A stretch of DNA of 59,874 nucleotides from the IMG/VR virus record IMGVR_UViG_3300025133_000113, positions 1 through 59,874 of that record; one strand, 5' to 3'. A model generated the notes under the pieces. The model saw only the letters and a list, made by a program, of their open reading frames with translations, searched no databases and was not told the DNA's origin. The position numbers and the translations under genes were made by a program. Source of the stretch: a virus (taxonomy: Duplodnaviria > Caudoviricetes). This document shows positions 44,983-55,138 of this stretch, one piece after another (the first letter of the stretch is position 1; each line of letters begins with the position of its first letter).

Positions 44983-46437
44983 TTATATTTGTATTGGGCT
45001 GTTTTCTCTCATCATTCTAATAACGTCTTGGGGAATTCCCGTAAGACTAAGTAATACCGCTAATTGAGCGTTAGCTTGTTCTTTACCCATTGCGACCACA
45101 TTAGCTGCAACCAGTTTCATTATGAAACTTAATACTTTATCCAATAGGGCGTTTATAAGTAGGTCTCTGATACGTTTCACCATATTCTCCAATAATGTCT
45201 TATTCTGCTTCAAGAAATCCACAGGGTCAATGTATGAGTTACCGTTACCGTACACAATCATGTAATTGATTAAGAATACAGTTATCACTTTAGGACTTAG
45301 TATCATACTCACAATCGACTTAATCAATGTCTCGAACATTAATCCAATGAAACTTAATTCTACTGAGTATACATCTACTGGGTCATCAGCACCTTGGTCG
45401 GCAGTTTCACGTGCCATATCGTCTATGCTGGCTGATACGATATCTTTTTGTTCAACCAATTGGGATTGTGTTAGACCAGACATTTTAGTTTTAAGGTCTA
45501 TTAGGTGTTCTATCGGCATCGATACGTCTACATCCCCACAGGTCTTAAGTTGTCTTACACCATTCTTTCGATTGATGGCTTTTTCCTTTATGTTTTGGAT
45601 TTGTACGTTGGAGAATTCAAAAAAGCTATTATCCACCACACTATCCTCATCAGCATTGATGATACAATTTACTATGGTCTCTATTTGCCCTTCCATCTCC
45701 AATTCAGCTTCAGACTTATTCACATCTCCCTGTACCGCAATCGTACCAAATAAGGTATCAATGATGTTGATTATCAGGTCTTCTGAAGCGAATAATTGAA
45801 TGCTATCCACGAACTTATTATTAAGGTCAGTTAGGTTGGTTATATTAGGTGCCGCCCTGAATACTACTGAGTTTGGTTCAGACAATGTGTTTTGACCAAA
45901 CGCTGATTCTAATATGTCTTCACCCGTATTAGGGTCTGACCACATTATCGGGGTGTTTATATCATCCTCTTGGATTGTATAATACAGGTATGTGTTGTAA
46001 TCGGTTGAAGTTAGTTGGTCACCAACATCATCAAATAATAATCCACCTGCTGGTGTTATTGGGTTAATCTTCATAATGCTGAGGAAATCCAACTTCTTGA
46101 CTTGTATTTCAAGACCAGCACCATTGTTTTGGAACCAATCTGGTAAGCTTGGGTCTATACCACAAGCCACAAGACCCTTTAATTCCACTTTTAAGGCGTC
46201 CTTAACGACTATCTCCGCTTCTGAGGTTGCGTAGACTAGAACATCAACTAAAGTATCTCTAAGCTCTTCGAATCCCACTAGCGACTTAATTAGGTCAACG
46301 AGGAAATCTAGCGCACTTCCACCATTATCAATTGATGGGAATGAGTTATTTAGTTTTAATGTGGGGAAATCATCGGTAAGGGTACGTAAAGCACCAATCT
46401 TCCCGAAGACTTTCTCTTTTTGGTCTACTATCGCCAT
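44983..46437 (-). CDS. hypothetical structural-module protein
   Basis: Long ORF in a late operon. Confidence 0.7.
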   Translation of the reverse strand: MAIVDQKEKVFGKIGALRTLTDDFPTLKLNNSFPSIDNGGSALDFLVDLIKSLVGFEELRDTLVDVLVYATSEAEIVVKDALKVELKGLVACGIDPSLPDWFQNNGAGLEIQVKKLDFLSIMKINPITPAGGLLFDDVGDQLTSTDYNTYLYYTIQEDDINTPIMWSDPNTGEDILESAFGQNTLSEPNSVVFRAAPNITNLTDLNNKFVDSIQLFASEDLIINIIDTLFGTIAVQGDVNKSEAELEMEGQIETIVNCIINADEDSVVDNSFFEFSNVQIQNIKEKAINRKNGVRQLKTCGDVDVSMPIEHLIDLKTKMSGLTQSQLVEQKDIVSASIDDMARETADQGADDPVDVYSVELSFIGLMFETLIKSIVSMILSPKVITVFLINYMIVYGNGNSYIDPVDFLKQNKTLLENMVKRIRDLLINALLDKVLSFIMKLVAANVVAMGKEQANAQLAVLLSLTGIPQDVIRMMRENSPIQI

Positions 46438-46820
46438 TAGTCTTCAATATCTTCGTCATCTTTACTATTCTCAATCATTTCACGTATATTCTTGAAATGT
46501 TCTTTGGTGACAGCTACATCGGCACCAGAATGTAGTTCTGGTTTTAGGTCACCAGCATGTTTAAGACTATCGTTCTGTAATTTACTTACTTCCAGTTTAA
46601 TCTTAACGTTATCCGTTTTGGTTTTTAGGAAATCTGTTTTAGCTTTGGCTATCTTTGCGTGGTCGTCCACGTCAGTTGGTTCAGCCACAAGGGTTATCTC
46701 ATTGATTCCACTCTGTGCTGACTTAATGTTATTACAGGCTTCATTATAAACTTCCTGTAGTACACCTTCTAGGCTTAGTAGGTTATTAACCTTAACTACT
46801 TGTTTCTTTCTTCTTGGCAT
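46437..46820 (-). CDS. helical hypothetical protein
   Basis: First gene after late motif at 46851. Confidence 0.7.
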   Translation of the reverse strand: MPRRKKQVVKVNNLLSLEGVLQEVYNEACNNIKSAQSGINEITLVAEPTDVDDHAKIAKAKTDFLKTKTDNVKIKLEVSKLQNDSLKHAGDLKPELHSGADVAVTKEHFKNIREMIENSKDDEDIED

Positions 46821-46875
46821 AATTCACGTTTTTAGTTTAGTGTTATACTAATAAATATCAAAGAAATTACAATTT

Positions 46876-47619
46876 TCAGTATATACCTTCGTCTAACCCC
46901 TTTATTTTCAATATGTCATATAACCCTTTAAAGCGTCTCATTGCCAGTCTGATATCCTTGGTGGTTAGACCAGTATGGTTTCTCATGGTCTCAAGTATCG
47001 CTATTTTATTATACTTACTTCCTGTGTTTACATGAGCTAAGATGGTCTCCCAATCATTCAGGATATCAATCAGAGCGTATCCCACCAGACGTTCATTCTC
47101 ACTGAGTTTCTTTTTACCAGTATCCTCACCCTCATCTAACTCAACCTTAATCTCTTGGATGAGTTTCGCCATGAACTTGTCAACGGTGAAATCATCATGA
47201 TTCTTAATCTCGTACTGGTAATCATCCTGTGTTTCCAAGAACGAACTCACATCATCGAACGATGAATACTTTTTCATATTCTTATCTTCGTTCTGGACTT
47301 GCCCCAGCACGTACCTCTTAATAATCGTTCCGTAATAAGAATAAGCTTTCTTGCCTCTCCCACCATCAAATTTATCCGCTTTCATCATAACATCACCCAA
47401 CGCATCCATGTGTTGTTGTTCGAATGTTAGACCTTTTCTGTAAAGCTTGTACGTCTTAATGATGTATTCCACCATTTTATAAAGTGGTTCTCTGAGATGT
47501 TCGTTGTAGATGCGTGTCCGTTCCATTTGGTCGTCACACTCTATGTATCGCAATACTGCTTCTTCTTGGTCAGGACCGAAATAATGCTCATTTTTCCTTT
47601 TTCGTCCTCTCTTAGCCAT
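46876..47619 (-). CDS. late-transcription sigma factor (T4 gp55-like)
   Basis: Sigma region-2-like KFD..RGKKAYSYYGTIIKRY; N-terminal HYF...EEAV.RY. Confidence 0.7.
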   Translation of the reverse strand: MAKRGRKRKNEHYFGPDQEEAVLRYIECDDQMERTRIYNEHLREPLYKMVEYIIKTYKLYRKGLTFEQQHMDALGDVMMKADKFDGGRGKKAYSYYGTIIKRYVLGQVQNEDKNMKKYSSFDDVSSFLETQDDYQYEIKNHDDFTVDKFMAKLIQEIKVELDEGEDTGKKKLSENERLVGYALIDILNDWETILAHVNTGSKYNKIAILETMRNHTGLTTKDIRLAMRRFKGLYDILKIKGLDEGIY

Positions 47620-48431
47620 TAGTCAGTTTCTGCCTTTTCGTATATTATTTTACGGTCTTCATTCCAGAAATACTCTTTCTTGGCTTTGTTCATCCACCAT
47701 CTGGATTCCACATCGTCCATTTCCTCTCTGTAGGTGTGGAATAACGAACCTTCTCTTAGGTTTACGTGTTTGTATCCAATCTTCGGGATAACCATGGTCT
47801 TAATACCACTATGTGTCATCCTCAATAGGAACTCGTAAATGAAGGTCAGCTTGATTGAAGGTTTGAAGCCACCGAAATCATCAATAACCTCTTTCTTCAT
47901 AACAACCCCATCGGTATTGAAATTCTGATATCTCAACAACGCATCAGTATCAAGTAATCCCATCTCATCTGAGAATTGATTAGCCCATACCGCTTCGTTG
48001 GTTCCACCCATGTATTGACCTTCCTCATTGACATCCACAATCATTGGCATAAAGATGCCAACATCTGGGTACGCTTTCACGTATGTCGCTACGTTCTTAA
48101 ACCAAATCTTAGAGTACTCGTCATCATATTCTAGGATGGAGAACCATTCGGTTTCAGTAGCCTCAATTCCGAAGTTGACCTGAGAACAGAAATCCGTCTC
48201 ACCATCATTTTCCAATACGGTATATTTGAGCATACTCTTTGGTACCATACCTTTAACCGTCTTAACGATTTCGCTACCTTTAGGTACTACTATGAATACT
48301 GCTTCGGGTGCGACCTCTTGTAGTCCAACACTCGCAATAGCTTGCTTCAACAATGTTGTAGTTGTTTCGTTCAATTCATGTACTGGTAAAATAACCGTTA
48401 CATCAAATGTCTCTTTTTTCTTGTTTGCCAT
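47619..48431 (-). CDS. GT-A (GT2-like) glycosyltransferase
   Basis: VTVILPVH, QVNFGI, WFSILEYDD. Confidence 0.8.
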   Translation of the reverse strand: MANKKKETFDVTVILPVHELNETTTTLLKQAIASVGLQEVAPEAVFIVVPKGSEIVKTVKGMVPKSMLKYTVLENDGETDFCSQVNFGIEATETEWFSILEYDDEYSKIWFKNVATYVKAYPDVGIFMPMIVDVNEEGQYMGGTNEAVWANQFSDEMGLLDTDALLRYQNFNTDGVVMKKEVIDDFGGFKPSIKLTFIYEFLLRMTHSGIKTMVIPKIGYKHVNLREGSLFHTYREEMDDVESRWWMNKAKKEYFWNEDRKIIYEKAETD

Positions 48432-48442
48432 TATCTTTCTTT

Positions 48443-49597
48443 TTAATTTGTTTTAGCAGCTTCTTCAGCAGCTTTCTTATTATCATTCTGTAGGGTTTCG
48501 ATTTCCTCAATCCTATTAGATACCAGTTTGCCATAAACCTCTTCGATTTTGACCCTCTGGGCATCTGGCGTATAAGCACCTTTACTTTCTTCCATATTTT
48601 CCAATATCTCAGAAGGTACGTTATCCTCCAACCACAACTTCATATATGTTGCAATCATTTCTGGTATCGCATGTTGAGTGTTAGTCCACACCCCGTTATT
48701 CTTAATCGTTGGTTGGTTGTCGGCATCCGTTGTTTCCATCCATTCTGGAATGAACTCTGGCATCTTACCTACTACTGGCACATCACATTCGAATGCTTCC
48801 AGTGGGAAGGTACCGAATCCAGCAGTATCATCAATCCATACCGCTAAACATGCTGTTGATAATTCATCAGCAAATGCTTTACGGGATAAACCTCTCATCT
48901 CCCTGAAGGTCACCCACTTGTATACTGGGTACTGCAAGTAAAACGCTTTAGCGATTTTAGCCGCTTGACCGTTGTCTCTACATAGAATAGTTACGGTAGG
49001 CTTCTTAGGCTTATCACTTGGTTTGAAATACTCTGGGATACTCACTGGTACCACCATCGTATTAAGTGATGGGAATAGTGACCTAAGATATTGTGCTTGT
49101 CTTTCGCTAGTTGTGATAGCATCATGGAAACCATAATCAGTGTTCCATCTCTTACCAAGACCCAATAGCTCCAATAAGTAGGATGGGCTTTGACTGAATA
49201 CCACTTTCTTACATGGGAATTCCTTCACTTGTTCCATGATATTTGAGAATATCTCTGGAATGATAATGAAATCACATGGTTTAACTTGTAACTTCTGGCT
49301 TTGAATTGAGATGTGAGATAACTCAGCATACTCTTCACCTAACCAATCAGCTAGACCCATGGAACCATCTTCCCCACGCCTTAATTTATAATCATCATGT
49401 TCATGAATGATGTGGGTCTTATATCCCAATTCACCTAGCACCTTTACGTGTTCGTAGATGTTAGCAATACCAGCAGTTGGGTTACCTTTGGTGTCTAAAC
49501 AGAAGAAGTAAAAATTACTCTCCTTGTTTTTTAGGTCCGCCACAATCGTTTCCAGTGATTGACCTTTCTTTTCTTCTTGTTGTTCTTGATTTTCCAT
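48443..49597 (-). CDS. GT-B (GT4-like) glycosyltransferase
   Basis: GIANIYEH, IIPE, GFGTFPLEAFECDVPVVG. Confidence 0.8.
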   Translation of the reverse strand: MENQEQQEEKKGQSLETIVADLKNKESNFYFFCLDTKGNPTAGIANIYEHVKVLGELGYKTHIIHEHDDYKLRRGEDGSMGLADWLGEEYAELSHISIQSQKLQVKPCDFIIIPEIFSNIMEQVKEFPCKKVVFSQSPSYLLELLGLGKRWNTDYGFHDAITTSERQAQYLRSLFPSLNTMVVPVSIPEYFKPSDKPKKPTVTILCRDNGQAAKIAKAFYLQYPVYKWVTFREMRGLSRKAFADELSTACLAVWIDDTAGFGTFPLEAFECDVPVVGKMPEFIPEWMETTDADNQPTIKNNGVWTNTQHAIPEMIATYMKLWLEDNVPSEILENMEESKGAYTPDAQRVKIEEVYGKLVSNRIEEIETLQNDNKKAAEEAAKTN

Positions 49598-49600
49598 ATT

Positions 49601-49921
49601 TTAATCTTCGTCTTCTATGTATTTTATTATTTCTAAATCTTCTAGCGTCTCAAAAGCTAACCTATACCCAAAGTATGATTCGGTTAACATCTGTTCCAGA
49701 CCTTCTTTGGTGTTAGCCTCAGTCAGTAATAGTATGTCCAATAATTTATTAATCATCTCATACTTGGTACCATCCAATGTCTCAACCCGTTCGTACTCTC
49801 TGTGTGTTATTGTTTTACTACCGACACTATCCGTCACAATATCTTTTTCAACCAATTTACCAGTTTTGGCTGGTATCGTTACCAGTTGATTTATCTTATT
49901 AAAATCTATTACGTATCTCAT
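49601..49921 (-). CDS. hypothetical protein
   Basis: Coupled ORF. Confidence 0.65.
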   Translation of the reverse strand: MRYVIDFNKINQLVTIPAKTGKLVEKDIVTDSVGSKTITHREYERVETLDGTKYEMINKLLDILLLTEANTKEGLEQMLTESYFGYRLAFETLEDLEIIKYIEDED

Positions 49922-50511
49922 ATCTCTACACTGTTAAAAATTGTTTCGTGAACGTCCGTAGCATCAATGAATTCCATCAACGTTGGGTAAGCGAAATCTG
50001 CGTCAGTATTATGGTTATAGGAGGCGTCAATCTTGACCGTAACCTTACCATCTGGTTTTGAATCCATAGCTATTGGATTGGCGGTTACCAATACGTCCAC
50101 GTGGTTCCACATATCCTCATATTCATTTACGAATTTGATTTCTGGAATTTCACATTCCAGCTTGGATAAAAAGAAGTAAGTGGCTGGTATTGCTCTACCC
50201 ACAGCCCTACTGATTATCATTACTTCAATACCTTCTTCCTCATCTACCATATCCATATTGAATATGTTCAAAGTGCTCATGATATTGTCGTGTAAATGGT
50301 CAGGATGACCAAATAGTTCCAGAGATGATTCTTCATAGAACATCTCATACATTTCTTTCTTAGAGTCAAACTCAAAATACTTCACCAAGTCGAACTCGGT
50401 TACCGTACTGAATGATATGTCATGGGTCTTCCCACGGTACTTATCCAACGTGTATGTCAGGTGACCCAAGAAGTCTCTTATGACCTCATCTAATGTTATT
50501 CCTATCTTCAT
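49918..50511 (-). CDS. 5'(3')-deoxyribonucleotidase-like HAD-fold protein, degenerate motif I
   Basis: MKIGITLDEVIRD in place of IGIDxDGVLRD; YN motif near the C-terminus. Confidence 0.6.
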   Translation of the reverse strand: MKIGITLDEVIRDFLGHLTYTLDKYRGKTHDISFSTVTEFDLVKYFEFDSKKEMYEMFYEESSLELFGHPDHLHDNIMSTLNIFNMDMVDEEEGIEVMIISRAVGRAIPATYFFLSKLECEIPEIKFVNEYEDMWNHVDVLVTANPIAMDSKPDGKVTVKIDASYNHNTDADFAYPTLMEFIDATDVHETIFNSVEI

Positions 50512-50547
50512 ACAACAAGAATAGGAACGAGAAGGGCTAAAGTAAAG

Positions 50548-51441
50548 TTACCAAGTAAATTTTTCTGAAAAAACTTTATTTAGACGTTGAAATATGCTTT
50601 CCTCAGCCATATATTCAGGTTCTAATACTGGTCGAGTTTTTATAACTTTCTCAGGGTCAACCTTTGGTAATGTGATTCCAGATGGTTTAGGTTTAATATC
50701 GGATAGGTCTGGAATCTCTTGCTTAGGGTAGTTATTCAATAACTTACCGATAAGTGGGTTTCGCACAATATCCGAATGTTTGAACTCGTAGAATCCAACC
50801 TCAGATACTTTCCTATGTCTGGCGAATAGGTCGAACAGACCGCTTTGTCGCACATCATTATACCTATCCGATTGGTCAAGGTCACCAGAGATAATCATCT
50901 TACTACCGTAACCAATTCGACTTAAAAGGGTTTGACATTGTTTTGGTGAAAGGTTCTGAGCCTCTTCTATGATAATGATTGAGTTATCCAAGGTCTTACC
51001 TCTGATGAATCCCAATGCTTGTATCAATAGGTAATCGTTCTCTTCTAACTTCTTCCTGTTAGCCTTACCCATTATCTTATCCACGATATCCAGAGAGGAA
51101 GCCAAATATGGCTCCAATTTCTCACGTACAGTTCCAGGTGTAAATCCTAATTTCTCATCAGCTTCTACTGCTGGTTTGGATATGATAATCTTCTTATATG
51201 AATTGGTTGAGTTCTGTAGTAACTCAATCGCTCTGGCGATAGACACGTAGGACTTTCCAGTTCCAGCAGGACCTGCTGCAATTATAATTTCTTTCTCTGT
51301 AATTAATCTTGAAAACTCCTTCTGAGCCACATTCTTACACTTAAGTCTAAATCTTGAAGGTAGGAGTTTGTTTACTATCGACCCGAAGTCACTCTCTTTG
51401 TATTCTGCGTTTTTAGCGCTTTTCCCGTTCACTTTTGCCAT
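50548..51441 (-). CDS. phoH: PhoH-family ATPase
   Basis: GPAGTGKS, LGFTPG, IRGKTL, EEAQN, GDLDQSD, DIVRNP. Confidence 0.93.
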   Translation of the reverse strand: MAKVNGKSAKNAEYKESDFGSIVNKLLPSRFRLKCKNVAQKEFSRLITEKEIIIAAGPAGTGKSYVSIARAIELLQNSTNSYKKIIISKPAVEADEKLGFTPGTVREKLEPYLASSLDIVDKIMGKANRKKLEENDYLLIQALGFIRGKTLDNSIIIIEEAQNLSPKQCQTLLSRIGYGSKMIISGDLDQSDRYNDVRQSGLFDLFARHRKVSEVGFYEFKHSDIVRNPLIGKLLNNYPKQEIPDLSDIKPKPSGITLPKVDPEKVIKTRPVLEPEYMAEESIFQRLNKVFSEKFTW

Positions 51442-51468
51442 GCATTGTAACTTTCTAATAAATATTCA

Positions 51469-52452
51469 TTAAAGCTGAGAAGTGTATAAATTCACCCAAT
51501 ATTCAATCATCTCATCCAACATGGATTCGAAGTCATATTCGTGTTCCCACCCTAATTTCTCTTTAGCTTTGATACTATCACCTTTAAGGTCTCTCAATTC
51601 CTCTGGTCTTAAAAACTTAGAATCACACTGTACATAATCTTCCCAATCCAACCCTAACGATTCAAATACGTACACTACTAGGTCTTTCACCGAATGTGAT
51701 ATTCCTGTGGCGCATACGAAGTCGTCTGGTTCATCTTGTTGGAGAATCAACCACATAGCTTTAACGTAGTCCTTAGCGTGTCCCCAATCCCTTGTGGCAT
51801 CTAAGTTACCCAACACTAATTCATCGGTCATACCCATGCTTATTTCAACTGCAATCTTAACCACCTTATTGGTTACAAAGTTAATGCCACGTCTTGGTGA
51901 TTCATGGTTGAATAAGATACCATTGGCTACAAACATACCATATGAGTTTCTGTAGTTTCTACAGATATTATACCCGTACACCTTCGCACACCCGTAAGGG
52001 CTTACTGGGTTCAATGGCGTTGTTTCCCTCTGGAAACCGTCAGGGTCTATGTTATTACCGAACATCTCACTTGATGAGGCTTGGTACATCTTTGCGTCAG
52101 GGCAAGCGATTCTAATAGCCTCTAAGAGGTTCAGAACACCCAATCCTGTGGCGTTAGCCGTATACATCGGTTGGTCGAAGCTAATCCTTACATGCGACTG
52201 CGCTGCTAAGTTATAAATCTCAGTTGGCTTGGCTTTATCCAAGACTTTAATCAGTGACGCCATATCGGTCATATCAGCATACTCTAATTTGAGTTTATCC
52301 ATGATATGGTCTATTCTGGCTGTCTGATTCTCAGATACGGAATTTCGTTTAACTATTCCCCAAACCTCATATCCTTTCTCCAATAAGAACTCGGCAAGAT
52401 ATGAACCATCCTGACCGTTAATTCCCGTTATTAGTGCTACGTTTCTTTCCAT
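51469..52452 (-). CDS. gmd: GDP-mannose 4,6-dehydratase
   Basis: ALITGINGQDGSYLAE, NLAAQSHV, QASSSEMFG, SPYGCAK, LFNHESPRRG, RDWGHAKDYV. Confidence 0.97.
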   Translation of the reverse strand: MERNVALITGINGQDGSYLAEFLLEKGYEVWGIVKRNSVSENQTARIDHIMDKLKLEYADMTDMASLIKVLDKAKPTEIYNLAAQSHVRISFDQPMYTANATGLGVLNLLEAIRIACPDAKMYQASSSEMFGNNIDPDGFQRETTPLNPVSPYGCAKVYGYNICRNYRNSYGMFVANGILFNHESPRRGINFVTNKVVKIAVEISMGMTDELVLGNLDATRDWGHAKDYVKAMWLILQQDEPDDFVCATGISHSVKDLVVYVFESLGLDWEDYVQCDSKFLRPEELRDLKGDSIKAKEKLGWEHEYDFESMLDEMIEYWVNLYTSQL

Positions 52453-53599
52453 ATGAATTTACGATATTACAAACTTTCTTTATTTCCTCAGTAGTCAAAT
52501 CCTGATGATTTGGTAGGTAGAATCCGAACTCATCGATTCTCTCGCATAGCGGTAATGAAGGTGTTTCATACTTCACCTTCCAGAATGGCTTATTTGCCAT
52601 GTTACCAGCTATCAGTGGTCTACACTCAATGTTAGCCTCACGTAGTTCGTCTACAATGTTATTCCTGTGTTCATTGATGACTGGGTACGCAAAGTTGGAA
52701 GTATAATCCCAATCCTCTTGGACTATATTCAACTCATTACACTGAATCATTGAATTATACAAGGTGAAGTTTTTGAATCTGGCTTCAGCGTATTCATCCA
52801 ATTTATCAATGGCTCTGATACCCAAGAATGCCTGTAGGTCAGTTGACCTCACATTCATCCCAGCCATATAGAACGTATATAGACCTTGGAACTCATCGAC
52901 ACCAAAGTCAGCCCTTAATTCCTGTTGCCTACTCTTAGGTAGGTCTCTATCCCACCCATGGCTACGCATCATAAGTAACCCATGATACAATGAAGTATCG
53001 TTAGTGTTAATGAACCCACCTTCAATGGTTGATAGGTGATGACCGTAATACATCGAGAATACCGAAGCTAACCCAAAGGTACCTAAGTATTCATCACCTG
53101 TTTTAGAACCCATGGATTCACAGTTATCCTCTAAATAGATAACATCATATTTATCACACAGAGTTTTAATACTATTCACATCAGGCACCAACCCTAATAC
53201 GGATACACCCATAAATGCGGCTGGACTGTCAGTCTTGAATATATCTTCCAACATATCCAAATCCACTGATAGGTCTTCATCGTTGGAGTCGCATAGTATT
53301 GGTGTCATACCCAATAACATCGGGGAGGAAACATCGGTTAACCAACTCAATGCTGGTACCACAATCTTATCGTTCTTCAGTTTCTTAAGCTCCTTCAAGG
53401 TAGCCAATAACAATAGGATTGCTGATGACCCAGAGTTCACGAAAACGCTATGCTTGGTTCCAATCTTATTCGCCCATTTATGTTCCAACTCAACGGTTAA
53501 CTCACCTTTGGTAAGTCTCGGTGTCGGGTCTTGTTGTAACCACTCACATAGAGCATCAATATCGGCTCTATTTATTGTGTCGCTTGCTAATTTAATCAT
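52418..53599 (-). CDS. colD: PLP-dependent GDP-4-keto-6-deoxymannose 3-dehydratase (ColD/E1 type)
   Basis: DegT fold (VNSGSSA, EDNCESMG); GHHLSTIEGG has His where aminotransferases have the Schiff-base Lys; RSHGW. Confidence 0.8.
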   Translation of the reverse strand: MIKLASDTINRADIDALCEWLQQDPTPRLTKGELTVELEHKWANKIGTKHSVFVNSGSSAILLLLATLKELKKLKNDKIVVPALSWLTDVSSPMLLGMTPILCDSNDEDLSVDLDMLEDIFKTDSPAAFMGVSVLGLVPDVNSIKTLCDKYDVIYLEDNCESMGSKTGDEYLGTFGLASVFSMYYGHHLSTIEGGFINTNDTSLYHGLLMMRSHGWDRDLPKSRQQELRADFGVDEFQGLYTFYMAGMNVRSTDLQAFLGIRAIDKLDEYAEARFKNFTLYNSMIQCNELNIVQEDWDYTSNFAYPVINEHRNNIVDELREANIECRPLIAGNMANKPFWKVKYETPSLPLCERIDEFGFYLPNHQDLTTEEIKKVCNIVNSYGKKRSTNNGN

Positions 53600-54531
53600 A
53601 TTGGTAATTGTTCTTTAAGTATGCTCTGGAATGTCTTTGATAGTCCAGCATATAAGTTGGTAGCCTCAAAGTGTGGTAACACCGTTAGGAGCTTCTTAAT
53701 AGATACATCTTTCCTGTATTGACCATCTGGCTTCTTAGGGTCGAATGTGAAGTTAGTTACACTTGTCTTAGTTAACATCTTAAAAACCTCTAAAGCGATA
53801 TCAGCGATTTCAGCGATTGAATAATTTTCTTTGGTTGCTACATTAAAACTAGTTCTAATATCTCTATCGACCAACCACTTAATAACTTCAGCTAAGTCGC
53901 CAGCATACATAAATTGTCGCAATGGTTCCCCAGTTCCGAATAATTTCACTTCATGTTCACCGCTATTATGAGCCGAAATAATCTTCTTCACCAACGCAGC
54001 AACAAAGTGGCTATTCTTACCCCACTTGTCATGTTCACCGTATAGGTTACATGGTGTTAGGTATTGATACTTGGTGCCGAATTGTTCGTTACACGCATCA
54101 ATATGAACTGCCAGACATCTCTTAGCGTAACCATATGAAAAGTTGGTCTTCGTTGGTGCACCCATGTGTAGCATATCCTCAGTCATTGGGTACTTATGTA
54201 CCAAGTCGGGATAGATGCACGTTGATAACATGCCAATAAATTGGTCAACACCATGAAGTCTAGATAGGTTGACCATATTGGTATTCATTAGGATGTTATC
54301 TTCGAAATAATCACAAGGTCGATTAATATTATCAATGATGCCACCAACCCTAGCAGCTAAATGTATTACCACATCAGGCTTGTGAGTTAAGAATAACAGG
54401 TTAGTCTCTGAGTAGCTTGTTAAATCACAATCTGCGCTGTTTACATAAACGGCTTTAGGTAACATTTCCTGTAGGTGTTTACCTACCATGCCACGACCAC
54501 CTGTGACTAATATTTTACGTTGTTTCTTCAT
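53596..54531 (-). CDS. fcl: GDP-L-fucose/colitose synthase (Fcl/ColC epimerase-reductase)
   Basis: GGRGMVG, HLAARVGGI, STCIYP, YGYAKR, NLYG, PLRQF; start ATG 54531. Confidence 0.9.
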   Translation of the reverse strand: MKKQRKILVTGGRGMVGKHLQEMLPKAVYVNSADCDLTSYSETNLLFLTHKPDVVIHLAARVGGIIDNINRPCDYFEDNILMNTNMVNLSRLHGVDQFIGMLSTCIYPDLVHKYPMTEDMLHMGAPTKTNFSYGYAKRCLAVHIDACNEQFGTKYQYLTPCNLYGEHDKWGKNSHFVAALVKKIISAHNSGEHEVKLFGTGEPLRQFMYAGDLAEVIKWLVDRDIRTSFNVATKENYSIAEIADIALEVFKMLTKTSVTNFTFDPKKPDGQYRKDVSIKKLLTVLPHFEATNLYAGLSKTFQSILKEQLPI

Positions 54532-55138
54532 GTAATACTCTATTATATAGTTCAATGTCTTCCTTATACATCTCCCTCACCATCTTGTTTATATCAGGAA
54601 CCGTCTGAAGGATTCTAACAATATGATTTTTCCCTTCTCCAAATATACCCATTTTTTTATTAAGATGCAATAACTTTCTATTAATACTGTAATCTTTACA
54701 CATATCATTGAATTCTTGCTCAAGGTTATCAAATAATAACATCCTATCGATTCTGAAATCGTTACCATCTTTATCAGATAGGAATGCAACTTGTGGTGCT
54801 GTGTGAACGTCTATGAACCCTTTACCTAAGAAAGTTCTAACCCTATCTATTGGGTTCTTAATCTTCTTTAGGTCTTTAAGTTCTTGTACCGTTTCATGCC
54901 TGATTAGTGTTTCTATGATACCAGCAGCAATTCTGGTTACAGGTTCTCTAATTATCGTGAATACTTTGTAATCAGATTTATCTTTTGGTAATTTAGATAT
55001 GTTGGTATGATATGGACTAATACGGAAAGTCTCCCTGATGCTGGTAGATGCAGTTTTAGGTATCCCCAAAAATACTATCTTATCTTCATCGGAAACCCAA
55101 CATAACCCTTTATGGTCTATTATCTCTTTTGAGTACAT
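54515..55138 (-). CDS. sulfotransferase (Sulfotransfer_2-like)
   Basis: IPKTASTS 5'-PSB, IREPVTR 3'-PB, HTAPQ, YKED. Confidence 0.8.
   Translation of the reverse strand: MYSKEIIDHKGLCWVSDEDKIVFLGIPKTASTSIRETFRISPYHTNISKLPKDKSDYKVFTIIREPVTRIAAGIIETLIRHETVQELKDLKKIKNPIDRVRTFLGKGFIDVHTAPQVAFLSDKDGNDFRIDRMLLFDNLEQEFNDMCKDYSINRKLLHLNKKMGIFGEGKNHIVRILQTVPDINKMVREMYKEDIELYNRVLHEETT

Noticed and set aside
46437-46820. Small terminase subunit
   Set aside because: Size and helical character fit, but no diagnostic motif was seen, so it is left as hypothetical
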